Below, piece after piece: positions 14,011 to 25,577 of a DNA stretch of 64,000 nucleotides. The DNA comes from Paraspadella gotoi (lineage: Eukaryota > Animalia > Chaetognatha): contig CM119263.1 of NCBI GenBank assembly GCA_051294375.1, positions 19,470,304 to 19,534,303 of the forward strand, read 5' to 3'. The notes beneath the pieces were generated by a model. The model ran no database searches, was not told the DNA's origin, and worked only from the letters and a program-made list of their open reading frames with translations. A program made the position numbers and the translations under genes. How positions within the stretch are numbered: the stretch's first letter is position 1; the number at the start of each line of letters is the position of its first letter.

Positions 14011-14702
14011 GCAAGCAAATAAACGTTATAATAAACCGTTCTAGTTTTTTCTAAAAATTATCAAAAATTTTCAAAACTCAAGACTTTTCGAGATGTCAAA
14101 TAAAAAGAAAAAGGAGAAAAGAACTCAGCAGTTAGATAAGAAAAACTATGAGACGATGTGGATTATCATAACAAAAAATTGAATTTCAATAAATTGCCTA
14201 CTTGTCTGGCTCAAAAACTCGGTAAAATTATTGGGCAAAGTTCCTTAACTGGTGTCGAGACATTGACCTTGTTCTCGCTAATCATATACCGAGGAAAGTT
14301 TTACGATTCTACTCATTGTCTCCTCACTTTTAATGTTTTTCCCCTCCAAGTTGTTAAAACGAACACAAAACAATAAACCAAAGCAACAAAATTTTATCGG
14401 TTTTTTTACGAGGAAGCCGCCACAATACTAAAATGGAAAAACTCCTTTGTTGGTTTTTGCGTAAAATACAGTGAGTAATGATTTTCTTCAATCGTCGGAG
14501 AATAATGTATTTTGACTTAAGACGAACTATAAGCTGGGCTGGTAAGGGGGATGGTAGCTATACTATAATCAGTTCTCGCTGGCATAAAAGACGATACAAA
14601 ATCATCCCATTGGAATCCGAAAATAAAATCCGAGATAAACTGGATCCTAAAAGTTCCTGCCCACTTGATGATGAGAAACGCCCTCCTATACCTCACTTAC
14701 TA

Positions 14703-15342
14703 AAACAAGTTTCAGCAAACAATGCCCACGATCATTGGCGGTAATTAATTAATAAATTAATTAATTATCTTTTCAGATCCGGCATTGTTTGTTTGTTTTT
14801 AGGTCTTTTCGTCAGTTCAATTACCACGACAAAAGCAACGATGACGATGATGGCGACAACGACGACAACACCGACGTCGATTAATTGATTGATGAACTGA
14901 TTTATTAATTGATTTATAATTTAATTGATTTATTATTTGATTGATAATTTGATTTATTAATTGATTGATTAATTATTTAATGCGGATTACATTTACATTA
15001 AATTTACGTAAAAAGAAAAAAAATCATAAGTAAATATTGAAACAAGTTTTTGGTTTTTATAATTTAAACTCATTTCTACTTGAACGATACCATCAAAACT
15101 TTCTTACCTACATACAAAATATAAAGTTAATCGCCTCATCCACTCATGAGTAATTGGCGTTCAAAGCTAAGGGGGGACGAACAGACGTACGGCAGGACGG
15201 ACATCGATTTTTTGAGAAAAATTATCATAATTCAATGTTCTGACATGATCTAATTGACTTACCGACAAGATTTTGGGGTGGGACCGACTGACCGACAAAG
15301 TGGATCGTAGAGCCGGAATCTGCTGTAAGCAGATCCGGCTAA
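14703..15342 (+). mobile_element. Non-autonomous Helentron/HINE (DINE-1-like) element, family A
   Basis: Starts AACAAGTTT.AGCAAACAATGCC, has TTAA-rich and GGAC/AGAC tracts and ends in the stem-loop GCCGGAATCTGC..GCAGATCCGGC; multiple copies in the window. Confidence 0.65.
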
Positions 15343-15987
15343 TAACTTAGTTAGAACTGCTATAAATAAGTCAAAACAACAACTAAATAAAAGCTGAGGG
15401 AAGAAAGTGTGAGAAGATGCGGCTCGAGAACAAAAAGCGCCTTTTTCACTTGGGCGGTGATTGAGGCTCTCACGATTGAGGCTCTGACTTAACAAATGGC
15501 TTCGTAATTATTTTAAAAATCACTGGTTGCGCTTTGAGTTTAAAATAGCAGAATTTCAATTTTTTTTGCAGGGAAATTATTAGATTGAAAAATTTTGTTT
15601 ACTACATCAATTCTAACTTTTGTGGCTAAATGCTAAAGGATGTTAAGTACTATTAACTACAAAAGAACAGTCAGAAGCCAAGATAGCTTATTTATTAAAT
15701 GAAACATTGCTTGAGACCCAAAGTGTCAAACGGCCTTTTAAAGTTAGCCGAAAATGAAAATTGAAATGATATTAGGCTTAACAGTGATAATGGGATGACA
15801 ACATATTTTAAAGTTGAGGTGATGATTTGTAATTCACTTTTGGGAAAACCGATACGTCTCGGCAAACGAAAAATAAGGAATTAAAATTCAAGCATTAATT
15901 TTGAAAACAAGTTTATTTATTCGACAATAATATTATTACACACAATATAATGAAAAATCGGATAAATGTAAAAATAAAACAAATCTA

Positions 15988-18147
15988 TCAAAAATGGTAA
16001 GCAATGGCACAAATGATTATAAAAAAATTTGAGATTTCGTTTGGAAGACATCGGGCCGAAATGTTTTCATCGCTTGGACTTCCCAGTTCGCCACCACCAG
16101 CTCCTCCCCCCTCATCGATGATGCGATGCTCCGAGTCGGGCCTGGAGGAACTAATTTTTTTTAAATCCTCCTCGTTTTAAAGATCTCGTTCTAGAGTGGA
16201 TTTTAAAAAAGTCTAGAAAAAAATAGATTAATTCCTGGTTGAATAATCGGTTAAAACTTTTCATCCCAAGGAAAATCACCAGTAAAAGGGCAAAGCAGAA
16301 AAGGGTTTTTTACTTAAGACTTGGATAATCAATGATCAACTTCGATCTTTCGCACGACAAATTAAACAATGGAAAGCTTTATTCTTGATCATTCAGCCAT
16401 AGTAAATTCTTCGTGTCGGAAGTTAAAACTTAGCGTCAACTGACGCTGACGCTGACCTTATTAACTTCTTTTTTTATATCCACGGCCAAAGATTGAACAA
16501 TAATAGGTGAACCAGATGTACTTTGGTTCGCTGCGTCGGTGACTCAGCTTCCTCATGCAAATTTGCCATATAATCTTCTTAGTAGATTCTTCTTACCCAG
16601 CAAGCGTTGGCTTTTCGTCGTCTCCAGAGGATCGTTTGACTGTTGAAGTTAATTGCGTCATTTCAGTGTGGGAGATCGCTTCCGTCGCTAACGACGACGA
16701 AAACAATGACGGCGGAGATGGAGGAGGCCCAGGTTTTTTAGGATAAGTTTGCTCCAAAGGGTTTGGTACCGCGGAATCATCTTCCTGTTCCCAGCATAGT
16801 TCGAGAAAACTGACTTGAACGTAGCCCCAAAGCGAGTTTTTCTCCATCCAAACTAGAAATGACATATTGGTTGTACCAATTTCATAGTATATAGGACGTA
16901 TATGTATTATGTAGTATTGTAGTACAATAAACATATTAGTCATTCTTAGTTTTTCCATTATTTTTACTTCGTATGTAATTTTTTTGTTTGCCTTTCTCAA
17001 CTAACCGGTCTGATTCAACACGAGCCTGTAATGATCATACAGCCCTCTGTTGTTTTTAGCCACACTGTGTTTCCTCCGCTTGTGCCCAAGCACGGCCGGA
17101 TGGGATGCTTGCATTAGACGTACCCAGCTGTTGGTGGAATCGTTGAAGGCGTGAAGCTCGTATCTGGAAATAGGAAATTTCGTTTCGTGGAGCTTTATCT
17201 AATTGCATTTTCACTTTCGACAGGCGTGTGCATTTTGTGTCGGTGTACAACGACAGAAATTCGGCTGTCTCCATACCTGGTCGGCGTGTTTTCCGGATAA
17301 GATACGGATCCGCCGAACGACACTGACTTGACACGGCGTCGCTTTTCGAACCGCGCAGCGATCCACTGCGGTTCGAAAGAGTCAGCGTAGAGCGATTTGG
17401 ACGACCAAGACGACCGCGGTCCTTGGAAAGCGCGGAGTCCACGGTAGTTGCCGCTGTAGCGCGAAGAGGCCGAGTATTGGCCGTTGCCGCTGTGGCTGCA
17501 GAAGGGCGTTGCCTGGTAGGCTGCGTGAGTGATGTTATTGGGTTATTCCATTATGTATATACTTACTTTAACAGAGACTAAATATTGATTGTCAAAAGCA
17601 CTGATGAAGGCTCTAAGTGAAAGAGCCGAAACATGTCTGACTAAATTGTGTCAATTAAATCGTTGTCAAATAAAACTGTTTTTGTCCTAATGGGTTATTC
17701 CATTATATATTTCAAAGGTAGGTCATTTTGTTTTTACGTACTTAATACTTATACATTTTTTTTTTTGCCGGGACGCGATTGTTCATTCAAATTAAAGCAA
17801 TGGCACGTCCGGTGAAAACATGAGCACCGAGCGATTCGTTGCAAATGTACCTAAACCGTCATTAATCACTCACCGATGATTTCCGGCCCTCGTCCCGAGG
17901 GCGCCGGGTCGGGGATTCCCTCTTCCGTTTCTCCGTCCGTCAGATGTCGCATCGTCGGCGGATATCGTTTGTGAACATGAAGAGAATCGGATCGCCAGTA
18001 CATGGAGGACACGCCCAATGCTACATTAGAAAGAAAGTAAACAAAAATGTGATTGAGTGTAAATAATTAAAATGTTATTTTAATTTTTTTTTAAATTTAA
18101 TAACTTTAGTAACAGAAGTGGAAGGGTAGAAAAGAAGAAAAAAAATA

Positions 18148-18191
<44 letters not shown>

Positions 18192-18195
18192 AAAA

Positions 18196-18247
<52 letters not shown>

Positions 18248-18397
18248 AAAAAGAAAGAAAGAAGGAAAGAAAAAAGAAAGAAAGCAAAAAAAAAGAAACC
18301 AAGAGAGAAAGAAAGAAAGAAAGCAAAAAAAAGAAACCAAGAGAGAAAGAAAGAAAGAAAGAAAGAAAGCAAGCAAAAAAAAAAAGAAACCACGAGA

Positions 18398-18433
<36 letters not shown>

Positions 18434-19850
18434 GAAGGTGCCGGAGGCAAGTCATTTGCCTCCCAACCCAAAGGTCCGGGGTTCTAGCCCGGTGGTCGTC
18501 TGGCAGTTAAGAGGGACGGGGCGCTTAACCCGCCTGTAACATGGTGTTACAGCCTGATCCGAAGCTCAGGGACTGCTTATATTGAACGGTTCTGTCACTA
18601 ACACATAACAATAATTACTGTCTCTTCAGATCCTACGATCCAAAACTAGACATCACTCAAGCATCATTTCAGTTTTATTAATTTGATATTTTTAGAATTA
18701 GAACATTTTTAGATCTTTCGATCATTCTCCCGCTTGACGTCATCGTCGATTCATTCATTCATCTATTTCGGTTTATTATTGAGCAGTTTTACTTGAATAT
18801 AGCCGGGAGTTGTATAATTAATTTACTTTCCCAACTGGAAAGAAAAGTTTACTGACCAATAGCGATGGCCACAATAACGGTTACGATCACGACGATTAAC
18901 TTGCAAGCTCGTGATTGGTGTAACAAGTTGAGCACTGAAAAAAAAGTGGTTGTAAGTATCATATTAGAATTGAGTTAGTTCCTCTTCCGTCTCGCTCTCT
19001 CTTTCTTTTTCTCTCTCTCTCACTCTCGCGATAACTAATGACGTCATTTAAAAAGCAAGCACCGTTGAAAGTCGCATTTTATACAATGCGGCGCAAAAAA
19101 AAGTAGCCACTAGTTAGCTTCAAATATACCGCTATTCCTTTTTTAGTTTTTAACAAATATATAAGAAAAGTATAGCTCTTTTAAAGAGCTATCGATTGGT
19201 GCAAAAAAAAAAAATTTAATTGGTTCAGGCGGTAGAATATAGCAAAACTTTAAAGTCAGAGTCTTAAAACGGAATTGGGAAAAAGTTATTCCCAAAGGTT
19301 AGAGTTGATGATACTTCTTTTTCTGACTGATGTTTACAATATAGAATTGACAAAATCTTAATGAAATTAAACATATATTTGGATTTACTTTTCTATAAAA
19401 ATATTTTTAATTACTACCATATATGATACATTAATAATAAATAATTAATAATAATTTTTTTAATTAATTCAAAATAAAAAAGTAGTTTTATGACAAAAAT
19501 AAAAAATTTAATTTTAATATAAATGTGTGAGTTTCTATTAATCTGCTTCAACACGAGATGCCATAAGGAAAAATACTTAGATATAAAAAAGCTTTGAAAG
19601 TAAGTTATTACTGAAATGCTTTTTTCTTATTTTTAAAAGATTGTAAAAGATCCGAAAAATATGAAGATAATTTTTTTTCTACACGAACTTTGCGCGCATT
19701 TTTTTGCTTCAAATTATTACCTCGCGTTTTATTCGAAGGCGATTCAGAACTTGGTAAGCGTTCAGACATAAATCTTTCTTCTTCGCCGTTTTCTTCCCCG
19801 ACATTTGGATTTTGTTTGTTGTTATTCATGGCAGTTCTTAAATGTGACAT
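15988..19850 (-). CDS. Discoidin (F5/8 type C)-like protein, paralog 2, with cytoplasmic N-terminus and N-terminal TM anchor
   Basis: In-phase spliced model: MSHLRTAM..SNKTR|VLNLLHQSRACKLIVVIVTVIVAIAI|ALGVSSMYW..TMRHLT..|AYQATPFCSHSGNGQYSASSRYS..SWSS..PQWIAARF..YPENTPTR|YELHAF..YDHYRLVLNQT|..WGYVQVSFLELCW. It is collinear with paralog 1. The last exon (16143-15988, ..NFFIIICAIAYHF*) is less certain. Confidence 0.65.
17595..17642 (+). ncRNA. Minimal type I hammerhead ribozyme motif (Penelope-like-element type)
   Basis: CTGATGA 17601-17607; stem II GGCTCT/AGAGCC; GAAA 17628-17631; palindromic ACATGT; GUC cleavage triplet ending 17637. Stem I is weak. Confidence 0.7.
18130..18436. repeat. (GAAA)n simple repeat
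   Basis: Direct reading; source of spurious F/L/S-rich ORFs. Confidence 0.95.
18437..18628 (+). mobile_element. tRNA-derived SINE, copy 1
   Basis: tRNA-like head with B-box-like GGTTCTAGCC, internal hairpin CTGTAACA/TGTTACAG; near-identical inverted copy at 25925-26122. Confidence 0.7.
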
Positions 19851-20461
19851 TGTATCTCGAGATTTTTTTTTTTATCTAGCGCTGTTGATATGTAATTTTC
19901 CGAGAATTTGGTAAATATTTTCTTATCTTTCACCAAAGCGGGAAACTCGAGTGGATGTCAGATTGCTCCTTTGGGTCGAAGCTTTTTTCGCGTCCTAAAA
20001 TATGAATGATTTTTTAAAATAAAAAAAAATAACTTAAAAACGACAAAAGTCCAACCCAGCAGCGATAGATTTAGGGAGTTTTTAGAAAAAAGACTGAGGG
20101 CACCTACAGGAAGCGGTACTTAACCTGAGGTCATGTGACGTAATCGGATGGCGAATCGAAGGCACGAACCCGATGGAACCGAAATGAAGTCAGTGCGGGA
20201 GAAAGTGAATCCCGGTAGAGTCAATGATTGACGGGATTTCGTCATTCGCAGAAAATAAGAAATGACGACGAGAAAACTTTCTAGAAAGCGAGGAAAACTT
20301 CCATTGTTATTCAATAACATCCCCCCTAAATTCCATTTCTCGCTGGTGGATTTATCTCCCCCGATGACGAACCAATGTTTAATGGGAGAGATAGTTGTGT
20401 TTGCTGTCTTTTAAAAACACGGGATCCTTTATATTAGTCGAGTGGTAGTCCTTTGAATGAC

Positions 20462-20572
<111 letters not shown>

Positions 20573-21918
20573 TCGTAGTGAGAGTCGTTTTATTTTTTAA
20601 TTTTTGTCAGAGCTGAAATTATATATGTATATGTATATATAGTTAAGTCGTCGAATGTCATATCAGGCATTTGGTTTTTACGCTTCCGGAACGAAAATCG
20701 AAAGAGGAACTTAAAAATGAAGAAGACCGGTCGAAAGATTGAAAAGAACCATCAACTTCGAGTTTGAAGGAGCCTCTTTTTAAACTCGCAATACTTGAGC
20801 CCAGGAAGGCAGTAGCCGCCGCAGCTGCAGGTGTGTCTGCTGCGGCAGCATTGAATTCCGGTTTTCGAATTATTCACTAAGTTTTTAATGTGCCTCGTTG
20901 GCGTTTCTCTTTTTAATTCCATTTTAAATGTTATGAAGTTTTCAACGCTTCCAAATGGTTTTATAATGAGGTTAAAATATAGTTCGTTATAAATTAATGC
21001 AAATAAAATTTATTTCAGTTAACACTTTAACAAAGTCCAAAACAAGCTGGAGTTTGAGAAATAATGAAAATTCAATTTTAGAAATGAATAAATACGACAA
21101 AAACGAAAGTTTTATTTTTTCTACGTACGTAGTTAGCTTTTTCATGTCAATTAATTTAGTTTAACTGAGTTTAATATCACATTTAAATCGTTTTCAATTT
21201 CCAATTCTATCTACAGCAGACAACGTCATAAGCGATCCTTTAACAAAAACTATACATTGGCCTGATATAAGAGTGAACGAATTAAAAAAGCAAATCATTT
21301 AATCGATATTTTCGCGAAACTCGTTCTCTTCAGAATAAAAGTCAGCGCAAAAACTGAGTTAGTCTCGCCCATTTCGTTTCAATCGCAAACATCAGTCGAT
21401 GTTGAGACGCAGCTGGATATTTCGGTGCATCTATCGATCGAACTTTCCTCTTAATTAACTTCCCTCTAAGTCTCTCTCTCGGCAATTGATGATAGAACTA
21501 TTAGAAATACAGAAATGTATAAGGATATAGAAAGGAGAAATCTTGAGAAACCTCGAGGAAATTGAAGTTGAACAGGAACGTTTTTTTTTCTGTTTATAGA
21601 GTTGAGCCTAAGAATGTTTCAAATTCGTAAACTTTGCAATTTGCAATGATAGTAGGATTCTGCTTCTAGAACTGGCTTGGATAATAAACATGTTAATAAA
21701 ACGTTTAATGAATAAGGTTTTAAATAATCAGATGTGAGCCTGTTGTTTAGAATCGCCTAAAGATGCGCGTGCCCGACAAGTACCAGGCTTTTGGCCTAAA
21801 TTGTTTATAAGTAATAAATAATATAATAATAATTATAGGAAAGATTGGAAACAATTTAGTTAACGTCATCAATTTATTCTTTGAGTTGGGTGGTGGAGGG
21901 ATTAATCCCTGACTTTGG

Positions 21919-21956
<38 letters not shown>

Positions 21957-21991
21957 TCTTCTTCTTTTGCTCTGAGTCTGACCGACTCATT

Positions 21992-22034
21992 TGGCCCTGA
22001 AGATGATCTGTCCAAAGGATCTAAATATTGGTCA
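21992..22034 (+). ncRNA. Degenerate minimal hammerhead motif (second subfamily, G12 mutated)
   Basis: TGGCC-CTGAAGA-T-GATC..GATC-TAAA-TATT-GGTCA: stems I and II pair but GAAA reads TAAA; AATAAA follows. Confidence 0.5.
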
Positions 22035-22444
22035 TTAATAAATATTGTACCCGTACTCCCATGTGTAATCTTTAACTAATTCATCAATTTACTAATTACT
22101 ATATAGGTTTACACAAGTTCTGTTAGTTGAGAATCACTAAAACAAGTCTATCTTTTCTTGCTATATTCGAACGATTTAAGAAACAATTGTTAATATAAAT
22201 TTATATTATATTTCAGAATTTTTATAAATATTAAAATTTTTTCCATGAGTATTGAGTAATGCTAATTCATAACAATGAAAATGATGAACAGAGAGTATCA
22301 AAAATGAGAAAAAAATAAGGTAACAAATAAGGATGAAAGAAATATTAACATTTCAATTTTTTAAGAATTCAGTAAAAGCATTTAAAAATGTATTCTTTAC
22401 ATCATATTCGGATACATCGACCCTTCTCTTGCACTTAGAGCAAT

Positions 22445-23752
22445 TTATAAAACCTGAGTACATTTTCGAATGCAGGTTGAGAAAAGGTTTTTTGGATCTA
22501 CATTTGGAGAACAGCATTTTTGATTTCCCTCGCAATCACCGTCAAATCGGCATTGCGCCTCGTCGACCATACCTGACGAACAAAGAAACAAACTACAACA
22601 CTACAGTACTGAAAGTGGAAAGCCAATTTTACTGGTATATTATATATAACTTTTTAAGTTAAATTTTCTGAAACAAAACTTACCTTCGGACTGAGCATAA
22701 AAGCACATGCCACTGATCCAGCCCTGACCGGGATCCGGCTTATCGTAAAACCCCGTGGGACATTTTCCGACTTTCATGGGAGAGGTGATTGGTTGAGAGC
22801 AGGCAAAGCTACATTGACCACCAATAGATTGTGGACAGCACAAGGAACCCGAGGAACAGGGCGTTCCGAAAGGGCCGGGGGTGCATTCGGCGTCTCGAGG
22901 CGGGTTCTGGTCATGCCCAAAGAAATAAAAGAGTGGGATATCGTCAAATGGATCCAGGGCAATTTATTAATTACGAAAAAAAATATATGAAAAGTAGATT
23001 TAGTAAATTTTTGCTTCTTGAAAATTGTTGTTATTAATCACATATAGTGTAGTTATAAAACTTAACAAACATTCATCAGGAAAAACATTGCTTACCATCA
23101 TGTAAGTCGAACAAGAAAGTCGAAACGACGTCATGTTGTCAACGCCCTGGAGCATCGGGCAGACTCCTCTCTCGCGCCCACCGAGCAAGTTGTTAGGAAA
23201 AGAAGACATGCCCATCATTGCCCCAATGCCAGTGGGTGGTGCTCCCATTGTGCCACCCATTCCGTTCATTGACCCAAACATCCCGGAATTTGGCGGGCCC
23301 ATAGGAATGTTGTTGTTGTTGTTTGGGGCAGAGATGGCGTGGTATGAGTTGTGAATGAAGGCAGGGTTGGGATTACCAAATCGCCCGAAGCCGGGTCTAC
23401 GAGGGAATGGCCGAAACTGTCCAACGGCGCAACCTGGTCGTTCAATTTATTAAATTGATTCCAATTTTTCTCATAATAAATCATTGTATCGTTTCTCGCT
23501 CTTCATTGCGTTTGAAATTAGATGAGAAAAAAAGAAATTTTGAATTGAATTGAATTTTGTAATGCTTGAAAGCCGAAACAAGTCCAAAATAAAATTATCG
23601 TTGTTGAATCAAATATTTTTGAAAAAATAAAGAATTTCTTTCTCATCTCATTTTTCTATCGAAAACTGTTATTAGCATTTGTATTATTAAATCTATCCAA
23701 GTCAAATTGTGATCTTACCAATAAAAGCGACGAAAATTACCGCAGAAAACAT
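22445..23752 (-). CDS. Secreted WAP (four-disulfide core)-domain protein with Pro/Arg-rich and Gly/Met-rich N-terminal regions, 4 exons
   Basis: MFSAVIFVAFI|GCAVG-QFRPFPRRPGFGRF..GMFGSMNGMGGTMG..GVCP..C..|..C..C..CC..C..C..KVGKCP..C..|..QCRFDGDCEGNQKCC..TCIRKC*. WAP Cys spacing is clear in the last domain. Confidence 0.75.
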
Positions 23753-24172
23753 CGTAGGAAATTCAGAAGTATTTTTTTCCCTTAATTTTATGGCTTATGT
23801 CAACTTAAAACCTCGAAACTTTTTTGGCAGGGTTTTTATAGGCAAACTGATTTTCACTTGTTTAGTAATTAATAATTAAGACATTCAAAACCGATTTTAT
23901 TCCAGAATATTTTGCTCTTTTCGCGGCTTTTGTCATGCGATGATAACTGAATTTCGTCAATGGCAGCGGCGTTTTTAAAGCGCATCCCGACACAAGGCGT
24001 GCAGGTGAATTCTCTGATACTACGATTCCCAGACCACAAAAAAAGTATCATTCTTGTTTAAACGGATTAAAGTTGTGAAACCGAGTCGATGCCATTCACG
24101 AAAGGTGTTTTTATTGACACTAAACCCCAAACCCTGAGAAAAGACGAAGGCAATCCGTTTCGAATCCCAAAT

Positions 24173-24792
24173 AAACAAGTTTGAGCAAACAATGCCGGAC
24201 CTGGCCACGATGATTAGCAATAATTAATACAAGTTAATTAATTAGTCAATTAATTAATTTGATCCGACATTGTTTGTTCAAACATGTTTATTTTTAAGTC
24301 TTTTCATCACTGACCACGAGGGCAATAACGCCATTAACGATTAATTTATTGCTTACTTATTGATTGATTGAATAATTAATTGATAAAACAATTGATTGAT
24401 TAATTGACTAATTGATTAATTAACTCATTAATCTTTTGATCAATTAATACATCTTACATTTACATTTAATATAAAAAGAAAAAGAACAGGTTTTTTTTGT
24501 TTTTTCCATTTAAATTTATTTCGATTCCATCGAAACTTGATTTCCAGCTTAATCACATACTTTCCTACCCCCATACAAAATTTCAAGTCATTCGCCTTAT
24601 ACAATCATGAGTAATAGACGTTCAAAGCGAATGCGGGACTGACAGACGGACATCAATTTTTTTGCATAATTTATCATAATTTGATGTTCTGACATGATAT
24701 AACTGACTTACCAACAAGATTGGGGAGGTGGACCGACGGACCGACAAAGTGAATTATAGAGCCGGAATTTTCTGTAAGCAGATCCGACTAAA
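24173..24792 (+). mobile_element. Helentron/HINE-like family A copy
   Basis: Same 5' end (AACAAGTTTGAGCAAACAATGCCGGA) and 3' GCAGATCCGACTAAAA as other copies. Confidence 0.65.
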
Positions 24793-25357
24793 AAAAGGTT
24801 TTCAGTTTGTCTTTGTGTTCTGAGTAAGCGTGGGTAAATAAGACATATTCATTACTAATTCAAAAACACTAAGACAAACAAAGATAAACACAATTTGCTC
24901 ACAAGACCGAGAAAAACTATAAAAAACTAAAAGATGTGAAAATCTAATTAAACATTATCATTAAGTGATAAAATACGCCTTTGAGAGCCGGAAAAAATGG
25001 ATTTGACTTGACAAATGAGAGAGAAATTATTATAAATTTATAAATTATTATAAATTATTAGTCAGAAATTATTTCTCGCAAGTCAGTACAGTACAGTACA
25101 GTCAATCGAAATCCATCTTAATCTTAAGTTATGTAGCGAATCCTAAATTCGCCTCTTGTACACCACAGGCATCACACAAGTCTTCCCGTTGCCATAATTT
25201 TTCATCAAAAATTTTTCTGGCAACTAAAATTATTTATTCAAGTTGTAGCTACCAATCTTCCATACTGTCGCACGAACCATCAAACGAGAGATCACAGCTC
25301 ATATTAGCTTATTGATTAAATGAATGGATGCTTTTAATATTGGCGGTACCAATTTCA

Positions 25358-25393
<36 letters not shown>

Positions 25394-25577
25394 GACACCA
25401 AAAACCTATATTTATTATCAAGATCTCGAGAATAACCACCCTAAAATTTTTTTGCAACCTATCCTGCGAATTCCTGCAAGTTTTAAATATAAATAAGAAC
25501 GATTATAACGGAAAAGGGTTAAATATTTATTTACCAATTTAAGTGAATGGAAAAATGAATTGAAAAAATACTTTTAA

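Noticed and set aside
13712-14014. ORF with a signal-peptide-like segment MIPKILILIISFVLS
   Set aside because: The ORF begins in a (CT)n repeat and no compatible downstream exon was found.
18075-18471. Hydrophobic ORFs resembling membrane proteins
   Set aside because: (TTTC)n microsatellite.
18437-18500. Functional tRNA gene
   Set aside because: Incomplete cloverleaf attached to a repeated non-tRNA body, so a SINE head.
20120-20320. Independent 66 aa gene
   Set aside because: The next exon has stops in all frames before the ATG at 19850; better read as a 5'UTR exon of discoidin paralog 2.
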